64,000 bases of DNA, from the NCBI RefSeq assembly GCF_001194135.2, contig NC_068998.1, positions 52,049,640 through 52,113,639 on the forward strand, written 5' to 3'. The translations under genes and the position numbers were made by a program. Positions within the stretch are counted from its first letter, which is position 1, and each line of letters opens with the position of its first letter. The notes below the pieces were generated by a model. It had not been told where the DNA came from. It saw only the letters and a program-made list of their open reading frames with translations, and did not search any database. Shown here in pieces: positions 27,401 through 35,615 of the stretch. This stretch comes from Octopus bimaculoides (lineage: Eukaryota).

Positions 27401-29288
27401 AATCGTCAGTTAACTAGCACTATCCATGCAATTAGGAATTAAAACCGTTCTGAAGGTGCTGAAGATCTAAAAATAACAAGCGAGAGAGATAACACCATTT
27501 AGATCAATTATGGATGTGTGATAAGGAACTTGCTTCCCAAGCACATGCTTTCAGGTTCAGTGCCACTGTGTGGCACCTTGGGCAAGAGGTCTTCTATTAT
27601 AGCCCTAGGCTGACCAAAGTGCTGTGAGTAGGTTTGGTAGACAGAACTGTGTGGAAGCCCATGGTATTTAAAACTAAAGTGTTCACACTTACAGGACACA
27701 AATTAGTAACCGTAGTAACTACTGTAATTGTTGAGTATATAAATGGATTAGCTGCTTGTTTCTCTGGGATTGGTCAAAATGATGGAGAATCCAATAAGAT
27801 TCAAAAATCAATTAAGGATTATTCATTTTTGTTCAATCTACAGAGAAACAGCTTAATTTACCCTATCTATATAGGTTCTATATAGATTACCTGTCTTTAT
27901 GTTTGTTCCCCACCACCACTTGACAACTAGTGTTGGTTTGTTTACGCTCCCCTAACTTAGTGGTTCAACAAAAGAGTGCAATAGAATAAGTGTCTGGTTT
28001 TAAAATAAGTACTGGGGTTGATTTTCTCAACTAAACCATTTAAGGTGGTGGCCCAGCAAGGCTGCTGTCCAATGATTGAAACAAGTAAAAGATAAAAAAA
28101 TATAGAAAATGCTGTTTGGGATACAACGGGTCTATTGGAATAAAACAGCTCTTTAATGATGGCTGTTGAAAGCAACTGCTTGTTTCGGTTTTATTTGAAT
28201 TCCTCAACATATTTAATTTGTCATCTCAGACAGAAGATCCAGATTCTTGTAATAGAGTGGAATCTGTTAAATAATACACCTTCGTCAGATAATTAATTAG
28301 GTCTATCACCCGATTATTCCGGCTCATCACCAATTCTTTTCCCCCTTTTTTCTTTTTTCTTTTTACAAAAAGATAATTTAAAGTTTATCTTTCTTTCAGT
28401 TGCATGTCCTTCACCAAGATGGTGCCAACTTTTTAACTCAGGATGAATATGGAATGACTGCTCTCCACCATGCTGCTAGTAATGGCCAAAAAGATATTGT
28501 GAAGTACCTCATAGAAAATGGTGAGTAACTGTTGTTTACCACAATTTATATCATACATACTTCCGTCCTTGGTTGTCGCTGTATTTTTTGGTATACAAGC
28601 TGATGTATAGGGCAGCGAGCTGGCAGAATCATTAGCACGCCGGGTGAAATGCCTAGTGGTATTTCGTCTGCCATTACGTTCTGAGTTCAAATTCCGCTGA
28701 GGTCAACTTTGCCTTTCATCCTTTCAGGGTTGATTAAATAAGTACCAGTTATGCACATGGGTCGATGTAATCGACTTAATCTCTTTGTCTTTCCTTATTT
28801 GTTCTTTCTATGTTTAGCCCCTTTTGGCCAATAAAGAAATATATACAAGTTGATGTAATTTATAGTGTAGACTTCTTGTGTAAATATCCAGACATTGTCA
28901 CTATGTTTCCAAATCCTGCTGCATTCCACATGGAATTTTTGGTCCTCTAAAGTCAACTTGATGTATAAGTTGACTAAGCTATTTGGCTATAAATTGTGGG
29001 CTGGAAAATTCAATTTGTATGCCAGAAAGTATGGTATACATATATATATATATGTGTGTGTGTAGATCGTTGACCAAACACCATTCAATTTTTTTTCTCC
29101 AACTTTTTTTTTCTCCTGTGTTTTTCTCCGTGTTTTTCTCCTTGTTTTCTCCGTATTCTTTCTGCTGAAGAGCGTAGCTCGAAACGTTAAAGACTTTCTG
29201 TATTCCCGAGCGTCAAACTAATACATCCTTTTGTTGTTTACACCACCTGTCCTCGTCTGTTGTTTTTTGTTTTCGTACATTCTCCCTC

Positions 29289-29320
<32 letters not shown>

Positions 29321-31639
29321 GATACATACACACATACTCATACACAAATATGCACATGTATACATGCACACATATGCCTACATTCTCACACACATTTTGT
29401 AAAAGCAAAACCATTTCTACCCAGTTAAATGTAATTGGAATATCTTTACGAAACCTTAATTCTATCTTTATTATATTTTTGTTTTAATTATATTTCAGCC
29501 CCACCTGTGATACTAGATGTAGTAGATAATGAAAGGTAGGTATATTTATAGTCATATCAGTATTTATTAAAACTATTAATTAGAATGGCTTTACAATATA
29601 TTGAGGGCAGCGAGCTGGCAGTACCATTAGCACACCGGGTGAAATGCTTAGTGGTATTTCATCTGCTGTTACGTTCTGAGTTCAAATTTCGCCGAGGTCA
29701 ACTTGGCCTTTCATCCTTTTGGGGTCGATTAAATAAGTACCAATTACGCCCTGGGATCGATGTAATCGACTTAATCCCTTTGCCTGTCCTTGTTTGTCCC
29801 CTCTATGTTTAGCCCCTTGTGGGCAATAAAGAAATAAATATATTGTATGTCATTTTGTCTTTTCTTTTCTTTTGTATGCCTTATTTTATTACCTTTATGT
29901 GGTTGATTTGACCTCCTGGACATGGCAGCCAAATCTCTCTCAAATAATACCTTACTATCTTAAAGAAAAGTTAGGACATGTTCGACTGTATAGTTCTTGA
30001 CATAGAAAAAGACAGGATGGTCATGGCTGGAATGCTTCACCAAATGCAAACAAGTACACCAACCTACTATTCTTCAAAATATACTTCAAAATATACTTCA
30101 AAATCCTTTACTTAGAATTAACTTCCTAAATGTATACATATATATATATATATGGTAACACAAAGTTACAAGCAAAAATTATTTTAAAAGGTTTGTACTC
30201 ATTAAAATCTGATATACCACAATGCTGCTAATCAGTATATCACATTTCCTGTAACCATGAAAATAATTAAAGGTGTAATTAAAATGCTTTTTATACTGTA
30301 TAGAAGATATCTTTTTTTTTGTTCTTTTTTTGATGTATTTGTTTATTTTTATAATTCCCAGAGGTCAAACTGCTTTGCATAGAGCTGCCCGCTGCCAGAA
30401 CCGGGCAATCTGCCAACTGTTAGTTGAAGCAGGAGCCTCACTAACTAAGACAGATTTTCAGGTAAATCAACATTTCTGCATTTCTCCTGCAATTTTTGTA
30501 AGTATTTGATAATTATCTTTGCTATCATTATTTCACTACATATCTACCTTTATGCATGTATTGTAATGTAACCTGTATGTTCTTTCTCTCTCTCTCACCA
30601 ATATAACTAATATAAATTTATTTGTTTAACAGGGACAAAGCCCAAGGCAGCAAGCTCTGCTGGCTGATGACATAGAGCTGGCAAATTATTTAAAAAGTAA
30701 GTATTTCATTTCCATAATTCAAAATATCAATTTAATTCTTTCATATTACTCTGTGTGTATGTATATATATGGGAGAATTTACGAAAAAAACAACAGATGA
30801 AGACAGGTGGTATAAACAACAAATGGATTTGCAGATGTGGAAGAGGTGAATAAAGCAATGACAGAGGCATTAAAGCCATCACTCTGCAAGAGTTCAAGAG
30901 TTCTGGGACTGCTTCAAACAGTGGGAAATGCATTTGGACAGATGCATTGCTTCAAATGGAGAATATGTTGAAGGTGATAAAAGTGTAAACATGTAAAACT
31001 GAGTAAAATAACTTTGCAAAATTCTAGTTTCTTATGGGTACCCTCTCATATACAACAGGCTTCTTTCAGTTTCCATCTACCAAATCCACTCACTCCAGCC
31101 TTAGGCTATAGCAGAAGACACTTGCCCATGGTGATATAATGTGGGACTGAACCAACAACCATGCGGTTGAGAAACAAGCTTCTTACCACACATGCATCTA
31201 TTGAATGTTTTTGAAGTATAACTAATTGGCTAGGTCAATGAACTGAGCTTGTTTTATTATTTTCTTTTATTATTGTCACTGAAATAAGTATAATTGAACC
31301 TTTCTGCTATGCCTTTGGTTATAACACCAATTTACATGTTATTAACTTTGCAAAATTGCCTTATCTTTACATATAGTGTGTGTGTGTGTGTGTGTGTGTG
31401 TGATTGTGTGCGTGTGAGTGTGTGTGTATGAGTGAGTGTGTGTGTGTGTGTGTGTGAAATTCATGAAAAAAAATTGTTAACTATAAAAAGATATAGTTTA
31501 TTGATTTTGGATAACAATCATTTCTGTAATGTATTTTTATCTCTTAAAAATATCAAATTTTATTTACAGTGCATTTTAATTAAATTTATGATTCTGTCTC
31601 ACACACACACACATACATATATGTATATATATAATATAC

Positions 31640-31715
<76 letters not shown>

Positions 31716-32407
31716 TATGCACATATCATTTCATATCTGATAGTTGTCTTCTACTGTGTTGGTGTCTGAACCACAACTTGTATGCAATAAGCTCATTTCT
31801 AAACAAATTATGTTATTTAATACTCTATTTACTGATAGCTGTATAAATGTGTTATGCAAACTCAATAAAGAAAATTTAACCTTAAAAGTTAAGCAGAAAC
31901 ACCCATCTCTGGGTGGTAGGGCTCTGTGCAAGTTGATCCTTCAAGACTAAAGCCCTGCAATGGCGCACATTATTGCCTGATGATCGCTTAAGCTTACGAG
32001 TGCCTGATGTGTGGAGCTTTTAACTGCTACCACTTGCATCTGCTAATTGTTTGCATGTATACTATGCAGAATTATTAGTTCATGCAATGTATGAATGGAG
32101 AGAATTATCAAAGCACCTGGCAAAAATATTGTGTAGCAGTAGTTTTGCTGTCTTACGTTCTGGTTTCAAATTCTGCATTGTTTTACTATCCTTCATCATG
32201 GGGTCTGTATTCTAAATTTGAACAAGGAATTGGATTCAATCACATAAACACTTATATGCTTTCTCAAGATATTTGTGATATTCTACCTTGCTTATTTCAT
32301 TTTTATAATTATTTTATTGAATTCTAATTATTTTCTTCACTACGTGTTTTACAGGTAAAGAGCATTTCCAGCTCGTGGTTTCTGAAGACCAAGAAACTGC
32401 TGTTTAG
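9908..32407 (+). CDS. DGKZ: Type IV diacylglycerol kinase (DGKzeta/iota, rdgA-like), 3' half; 11 coding exons, 5' exons outside window
   Basis: Join 9908-10005,13319-13398,15607-15661,18864-19113,23147-23223,23892-23929,28400-28520,29499-29535,30362-30461,30633-30696,32355-32407 = 973 nt; all introns GT-AG, all phases match. Translation contains [33 protein letters not shown], ankyrin repeats (TALHHAA, TALHRAA) and ends EDQETAV*, matching remembered DGKZ/DGKI motifs ([31 protein letters not shown]). Zeta versus iota cannot be resolved; an invertebrate gene is likely co-orthologous to both. Confidence 0.95.
11536..11900 (+). mobile_element. Two tandem SINE B copies (second degenerate)
   Basis: gagctggcagaattgttagc...gaggtcgactttgcctttcgtcatttcaggatcaataaaataagtaccag. 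Confidence 0.75.
11965..12335 (+). mobile_element. SINE family C copy with extended 3' part
   Basis: gggttcaatcccactgtgtctcactttaagcatcttctgttatagccc...gatttgataaacagatactgaaacaag. Confidence 0.65.
12360..12440. repeat. (AGT)n microsatellite
   Basis: Direct reading; source of the poly-S and poly-L ORFs in the track. Confidence 0.95.
13319..13398 (+). CDS. DGKZ: DGK exon B (80 nt): (S)[26 protein letters not shown]
   Basis: tttttccaacAG acceptor, GTAGGT donor; resembles DGKZ VVPGDSDLELCRAHIERL; phase 1 in, phase 0 out. Confidence 0.92.
13770..14030 (+). mobile_element. SINE family A copy with a small internal (cccatcagattaa) tandem
   Basis: ggttggcattaggaagggcatcc core; ccatcagatt three times at about 13909-13945. 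Confidence 0.75.
14404..14735 (-). mobile_element. SINE family A copy with three internal 62-67 bp repeats
   Basis: (CAT)n-gtttaacgtccgttttccatgctggcatgggttgg; ggtgctttttacatgccaccagca at 14577, 14639, 14706. Confidence 0.88.
15079..15365 (+). mobile_element. Composite SINE: tRNA-type head + (AAT)n linker + Penelope-like hammerhead-bearing tail, 13-bp TSD
   Basis: A box tggcgtagtgg 15087-15097, B box gagttcaattcc 15130-15141, ctgatga at 15241; tgtagat(t/c)taata at 15066-15078 and 15366-15378. Confidence 0.75.
15607..15661 (+). CDS. DGKZ: DGK exon C (55 nt): [18 protein letters not shown]
   Basis: ttttAG acceptor, GTAAGT donor; WCFLD motif; not in ORF track. Confidence 0.92.
17265..17800. 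repeat. Degenerate minisatellite (about 55 bp unit) spanning an assembly gap
   Basis: (g/a)tgaataac(t/c)at(g/a)(a/t)ggaa at about 17271, 17326 and 17771; cataacatcca on both sides of gap 17392-17731. Confidence 0.5.
18010..18512 (+). mobile_element. Penelope-like retroelement reverse-transcriptase C-terminal remnant
   Basis: [32 protein letters not shown]...[10 protein letters not shown] and, after frameshifts, HIPFVLTFH and CHLQSNP; typical PLE RT thumb motifs (FLD, STSV-KPT-SH-YL, HP-H-K-SIP, P-VLTFHP). Confidence 0.8.
18546..18692 (+). mobile_element. Headless copy of the hammerhead-bearing tail of the 15079 element
   Basis: aatttccccaagacacctgatgaaggctgg...aattcctcatctcttaaatatagaactgta, closely matching 15225-15369. 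Confidence 0.85.
18558..18601 (+). ncRNA. Minimal type I hammerhead ribozyme-like motif (CpG-decayed)
   Basis: acac-CTGATGA-a-ggctg[loop]tagct-GAAA-tg-T-T-gtgt: stem I 4 bp, stem II 5 bp with two wobbles, GUU cleavage triplet. Confidence 0.55.
18864..19113 (+). CDS. DGKZ: DGK exon D (250 nt): (S)[31 protein letters not shown]...VSAPKSL
   Basis: ttccttttAG acceptor, CAG|GTAAAA donor; RIDKAQEHL motif. Confidence 0.95.
20728..20884 (-). mobile_element. SINE family C copy
   Basis: gggtttctttcagtttccatc...ggctataatggaagacacttgccc...ggaaccatgtggttgg. Confidence 0.8.
22510..22730 (+). mobile_element. SINE family B copy
   Basis: gcaagttagcaggatcgttag...gttcaaatccc...aaaataagtatcagt...ctggggtcagtgtaatc. 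Confidence 0.7.
23147..23223 (+). CDS. DGKZ: DGK exon E (77 nt), linker: (S)[25 protein letters not shown]
   Basis: ctctttatAG acceptor, GTAAGT donor; open in exactly the phase needed (2 in, 1 out) to join exon D to exon F; no recognisable homology. Confidence 0.75.
23290..23620 (-). mobile_element. SINE family A copy with three 66-bp-period repeats, (CAT)n on both sides
   Basis: ggtgcttttt at 23445, 23511, 23577; (CAT)n at about 23290 and 23599-23620. Confidence 0.88.
23892..23929 (+). CDS. DGKZ: DGK exon F (38 nt): (M)[12 protein letters not shown]
   Basis: tttctttttAG acceptor, GTTAGT donor; matches DGKZ LIEAAKRNDFCK at the start of the ankyrin region. Confidence 0.9.
25175..25385 (+). 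mobile_element. SINE family B copy
   Basis: aagctggcagaatcattagcatgctgggcaaaatgcttagc...gataaaaataagtaccagttg. Confidence 0.8.
25750..25895 (+). mobile_element. SINE family C copy
   Basis: ggctgtgtagttaagttgcttgcttcccaacc...ggcaccttaagcaagagtcttctact. Confidence 0.75.
26030..26224. mobile_element. CCCTTTAGCA-family (piggyBac-like) MITE, partial
   Basis: Ends ...gacagaatcatctaaaagctaaagggTTAA; interior matches the reverse complement of 55163-55343. Confidence 0.7.
27511..27660 (+). mobile_element. SINE family C copy
   Basis: caggttcagtgccactgtgtggcaccttgggcaagaggtcttctattatagccc. Confidence 0.8.
28400..28520 (+). CDS. DGKZ: DGK exon G (121 nt): [40 protein letters not shown]
   Basis: ttctttcAG acceptor, GTGAGT donor; ankyrin consensus G-TALH-AA-G--DIVKYLI. 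Confidence 0.96.
28608..28841 (+). mobile_element. Young SINE family B copy with 16-bp TSD
   Basis: CpG-retaining body; tatacaag(c/t)tgatgta at 28592-28607 and 28842-28857. Confidence 0.9.
29065..29286 (+). mobile_element. Short CpG-retaining repeat resembling a Penelope pseudo-LTR, carrying a minimal hammerhead motif
   Basis: ttctcc-rich lead, ctgctgaagagcgtagctcgaaacgttaaaga, 3' part also present inverted at 30771-30823. Confidence 0.6.
29157..29193 (+). ncRNA. Minimal type I hammerhead ribozyme-like motif (A6C variant)
   Basis: tcttt-CTGCTGA-a-GAGC-gta-GCTC-GAAA-CG-T-T-aaaga: perfect 5-bp stem I, 4-bp stem II, palindromic ACGU stem III. Confidence 0.6.
29499..29535 (+). CDS. DGKZ: DGK exon H (37 nt): (A)[11 protein letters not shown]
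   Basis: tatttcAG acceptor, GTAGGT donor; matches DGKZ APPEILDAVEE. Confidence 0.92.
29604..29836 (+). mobile_element. Young SINE family B copy with 9-bp TSD
   Basis: aatatattg at 29595-29603 and 29837-29845; near-identical to 28608-28841. Confidence 0.9.
30362..30461 (+). CDS. DGKZ: DGK exon I (100 nt): (R)[33 protein letters not shown]
   Basis: ttcccAG acceptor, CAG|GTAAAT donor; ankyrin repeat, LVEAGASL. Confidence 0.96.
30633..30696 (+). CDS. DGKZ: DGK exon J (64 nt): [21 protein letters not shown]
   Basis: tttaacAG acceptor, GTAAGT donor; matches DGKZ [21 protein letters not shown]. Confidence 0.95.
30826..31050 (+). mobile_element. Second mariner remnant (3' end + TIR), different subfamily from 7218-7873
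   Basis: [16 protein letters not shown]...[21 protein letters not shown] then ttcttatgggtaccctctcaTA (TACGAGGGG-like TIR in reverse). Confidence 0.85.
31055..31192 (-). mobile_element. SINE family C copy with internal deletion
   Basis: aggcttctttcagtttccatctaccaaatccactcac...gaagacacttgccc. Confidence 0.8.
31642..31710. repeat. (TA)n microsatellite
   Basis: Direct reading; similar long (TA)n at 39236-39324, 45591-45661, 49174-49230, 63168-63214. Confidence 0.95.
32355..32407 (+). CDS. DGKZ: DGK terminal coding exon (53 nt): (S)[16 protein letters not shown]
   Basis: ttttacAG acceptor; TAG stop at 32405-32407; class I PDZ-binding ETAV as in vertebrate DGKZ/DGKI. Confidence 0.96.
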
Positions 32408-32500
32408 AAATGTAAACATTTGTGGCTGGTATGGTTTTGTTCTTACACAGAGAGAAGCTGTAAAAAACCATTATCAAATTAACAAATACAACATATTCAT

Positions 32501-32504
<4 letters not shown>

Positions 32505-32548
<44 letters not shown>
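32505..32548. repeat. (TC)n microsatellite in the presumed DGK 3' UTR
   Basis: Direct reading, about 100 nt after the stop codon. Confidence 0.9.
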
Positions 32549-32550
<2 letters not shown>

Positions 32551-33024
32551 GTTCCGTCTCTCTCTCTCTTTCTCTCTGTGACTCTGATGGTTAGAATCAG
32601 CTGACATTAGGTAAGCTGCTGGTCACTTGCTGTTGATATAATTACAATAATCTACTGGCTACACGATAACAATGGTGTGACATACCATTCTTATAGATAT
32701 ATATATACAATACATGCAACTCATTGCAATTGCTGATTGGTGAATAAGGAAAGTGCTACTCTAAACCTACTAGCTTTTTCATAGAAAAATAATCCAAAAC
32801 CAGTTTCTGGAATTATTCCCTATTTAATGCTGAGCTAAACAAACAACTATCATCATTCTGTTTCTTCCCCCAACCTTTAGTAATATGCCATGAGTCTGTG
32901 ATGGCAAAAGCCTTCAAATTTAAACTCTCATTATACACACTTTGACATAACCATTTAGGATGTTTTTTCTTGTATAATCTTCCTACAAGATATTTCAGTT
33001 TATTATATATAAATAAATAAATAA

Positions 33025-33067
<43 letters not shown>

Positions 33068-33789
33068 NNNNNNNNNNNNNNNNNNNNNNNNNNNNNNNNN
33101 NNNNNNNNNNNNNNNNNNNNNNNNNNNNNNNNNNNNNNNNNNNNNNNNNNNNNNNNNNNNNNNNNNNNNNNNNNNNNNNNNNNNNNNNNNNNNNNNNNNN
33201 NNNNNNNNNNNNNNNNNNNNNNNNNNNNNNNNNNNNNNNNNNNNNNNNNNNNNNNNNNNNNNNNNNNNNNNNNNNNNNNNNNNNNNNNNNNNNNNNNNNN
33301 NNNNNNNNNNNNNNNNNNNNNNNNNNNNNNNNNNNNNNNNNNNNNNNNNNNNNNNNNNNNNNNNNNNNNNNNNNNNNNNNNNNNNNNNNNNNNNNNNNNN
33401 NNNNNNNNNNNNNNNNNNNNNNNNNNNNNNNNNNNNNNNNNNNNNNNNNNNNNNNNNNNNNNNNNNNNNNNNNNNNNNNNNNNNNNNNNNNNNNNNNNNN
33501 NNNNNNNNNNNNNNNNNNNNNNNNNNNNNNNNNNNNNNNNNNNNNNNNNNNNNNNNNNNNNNNNNNNNNNNNNNNNNNNNNNNNNNNNNNNNNNNNNNNN
33601 NNNNNNNNNNNNNNNNNNNNNNNNNNNNNNNNNNNNNNNNNNNNNNNNNNNNNNNNNNNNNNNNNNNNNNNNNNNNNNNNNNNNNNNNNNNNNNNNNNNN
33701 NNNNNNNNNNNNNNNNNNNNNNNNNNNNNNNNNNNNNNNNNNNNNNNNNNNNNNNNNNNNNNNNNNNNNNNNNNNNNNNNNNNNNNNNN
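33068..33789. other. Assembly gap (largest of nine)
   Basis: N-runs at 9511-9603, 17392-17731, 33068-33789, 34893-34902, 40968-41036, 46994-47153, 51085-51524, 52670-52866, 53611-53787; most abut (TA)n or poly-G/C. Confidence 0.99.
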
Positions 33790-34012
33790 ATATATAGAGA
33801 GAGATTAGCATCAGGTCCCGACATTTGTGGTGCTCCCAGGCAACTGAACTGCCTAGTGTGTCCATGCCTTAAGGCAGTACTACTCAACAATTTATATGCA
33901 GCTATATTATCAGATTTATTTCATTCTAAATTTGAACCATCAAACCACTCACTGAGCTGACAGTTGGTACTATATAAATCTGTGAAGACTTCCACTATTT
34001 TCCTGTTACATT

Positions 34013-34048
<36 letters not shown>

Positions 34049-34558
34049 GTACAACTTTTAGTTAAACTTAATAGGTCTCAATCATTTCCTACATGTTTGT
34101 ATTTAATAATAAATATAGAGACATCTAGGTATGTGTCTATGCATCTATAATCAAATATATTAACATAAGAACTGCATACATAATATGTGTGAATTTCATT
34201 TTCTCCCAAAGAAATATTTAAGAATATTCTTTTCATATTTTAAGTGCAAGCAATAGTATTTTTTTTAAATACATACACATAAAATGTTTTTCATATATCT
34301 TGGCCATATTTTGACTGATATTCAAACAGCTATCCAAACATTCTCTATTGACAAGTTGATGTTTTACAGTCATCGCATTATTTTTTAGATCATTTCTTCA
34401 TGGCATTACTCTTACTAATATATTTGCACACAAAAAAAAATTAATCTATAAAAAGATGTCTTAATATTATGGGAAATTTGATTTTCAATATCTTTCCTAA
34501 AATTTGTTACAACTATCTCTTTCTAACATCTAAAATGTTGTTTTTCCATATAACATTT

Positions 34559-34589
<31 letters not shown>

Positions 34590-35452
34590 AGATGTGTGTA
34601 TATGTATAGGTATATATATATATATATATATATATGCATACAAACACACGCACACATATACCTTATTTATAAGTTCTCTCTCCCTCTCTCTCTCTCTCTA
34701 TATATATATATAATTTCAAGAAATAACTCACTTTCATTTCATAAAAGTAATCAACTTAATATTTTTTTTTATATATATTTTCTCCCCATTAATTTCATGA
34801 TAAAGAAATAATATTAACATGCAATCAAGTTATTTTTAGTCAACATATTCTGAACTGAAAATTTTTTGAAATACACTCAAAGATTTTCTGCCNNNNNNNN
34901 NNATCTCAAAATTAAAGTTAGAGATGAGTTTTATTTCCGATAACCTACATATAAGGCTTTTATCTTCATTTTTTTTTTTTTTTTTTTTAGTATAAAGTAG
35001 TTTGTCTTCACTTTTCTAATGAAATTATATCTCTCTCTCTGAATCAATCTACATTACTCACAAACTCTGTTGAATTTCTCACAGGATTTAAATGAAGGAA
35101 TTCTTGTTACTCTGTAGGTATTCTAAAAATCTGTAAGAATATTCAAGACTAAAAGACTTATAGATACTGCATTGAAATTTACAAAATTAAGACCAGAACT
35201 GTTGTTCCAATGTTAAGAATCCATTTGCCAAGTTATGAGTGTCCTGATTTGCATAGCAGAAGAAAATATTCTTCAAATATAAAAAACATAAATGCCTTGA
35301 TCTTGTATATGAGTAAACAGTGTCCTTTTGAGTGTGAGGAAATTAACCTGTTTTTCTTCACTACTTGTTGTCACCATCGTTCTACTTGTATAGCCATCTC
35401 TATTTTCACTGTTTCTTTACACCATGCCTTTCAATTTTGTCCAGTTTAACTC

Positions 35453-35615
35453 GTAGTGCAGGAATAGTCTTGTGGTTAAGAAACTTATTTTGCAATCACA
35501 TGATTATCAGTTTGATTCCATTGTACAGTTCCTGGGGTTATTGTGTTTTGCCATACCGTCAGATCTACTCAAACTTGTGGATGAAATCGGGTAGGCAGAG
35601 AACTGAAAGGAAGTC
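35453..35615 (+). mobile_element. Degenerate SINE family C copy
   Basis: gtggttaagaaacttattttgcaatcacatgatt...cttgtggatgaaatcgggtaggcagagaactgaaagg. Confidence 0.6.

Noticed and set aside
31978-32007. C box (TGATGA) and D box (CTGA) of an intronic snoRNA
   Set aside because: Only 20 nt apart, no terminal stem and no further D box; also no GAAA for a hammerhead
32813-33890. Long ORFs of 295-350 aa
   Set aside because: Artefacts of translating through N-runs; the same applies to ORFs at 17.3, 40.8, 47, 51, 52.5 and 53.6 kb
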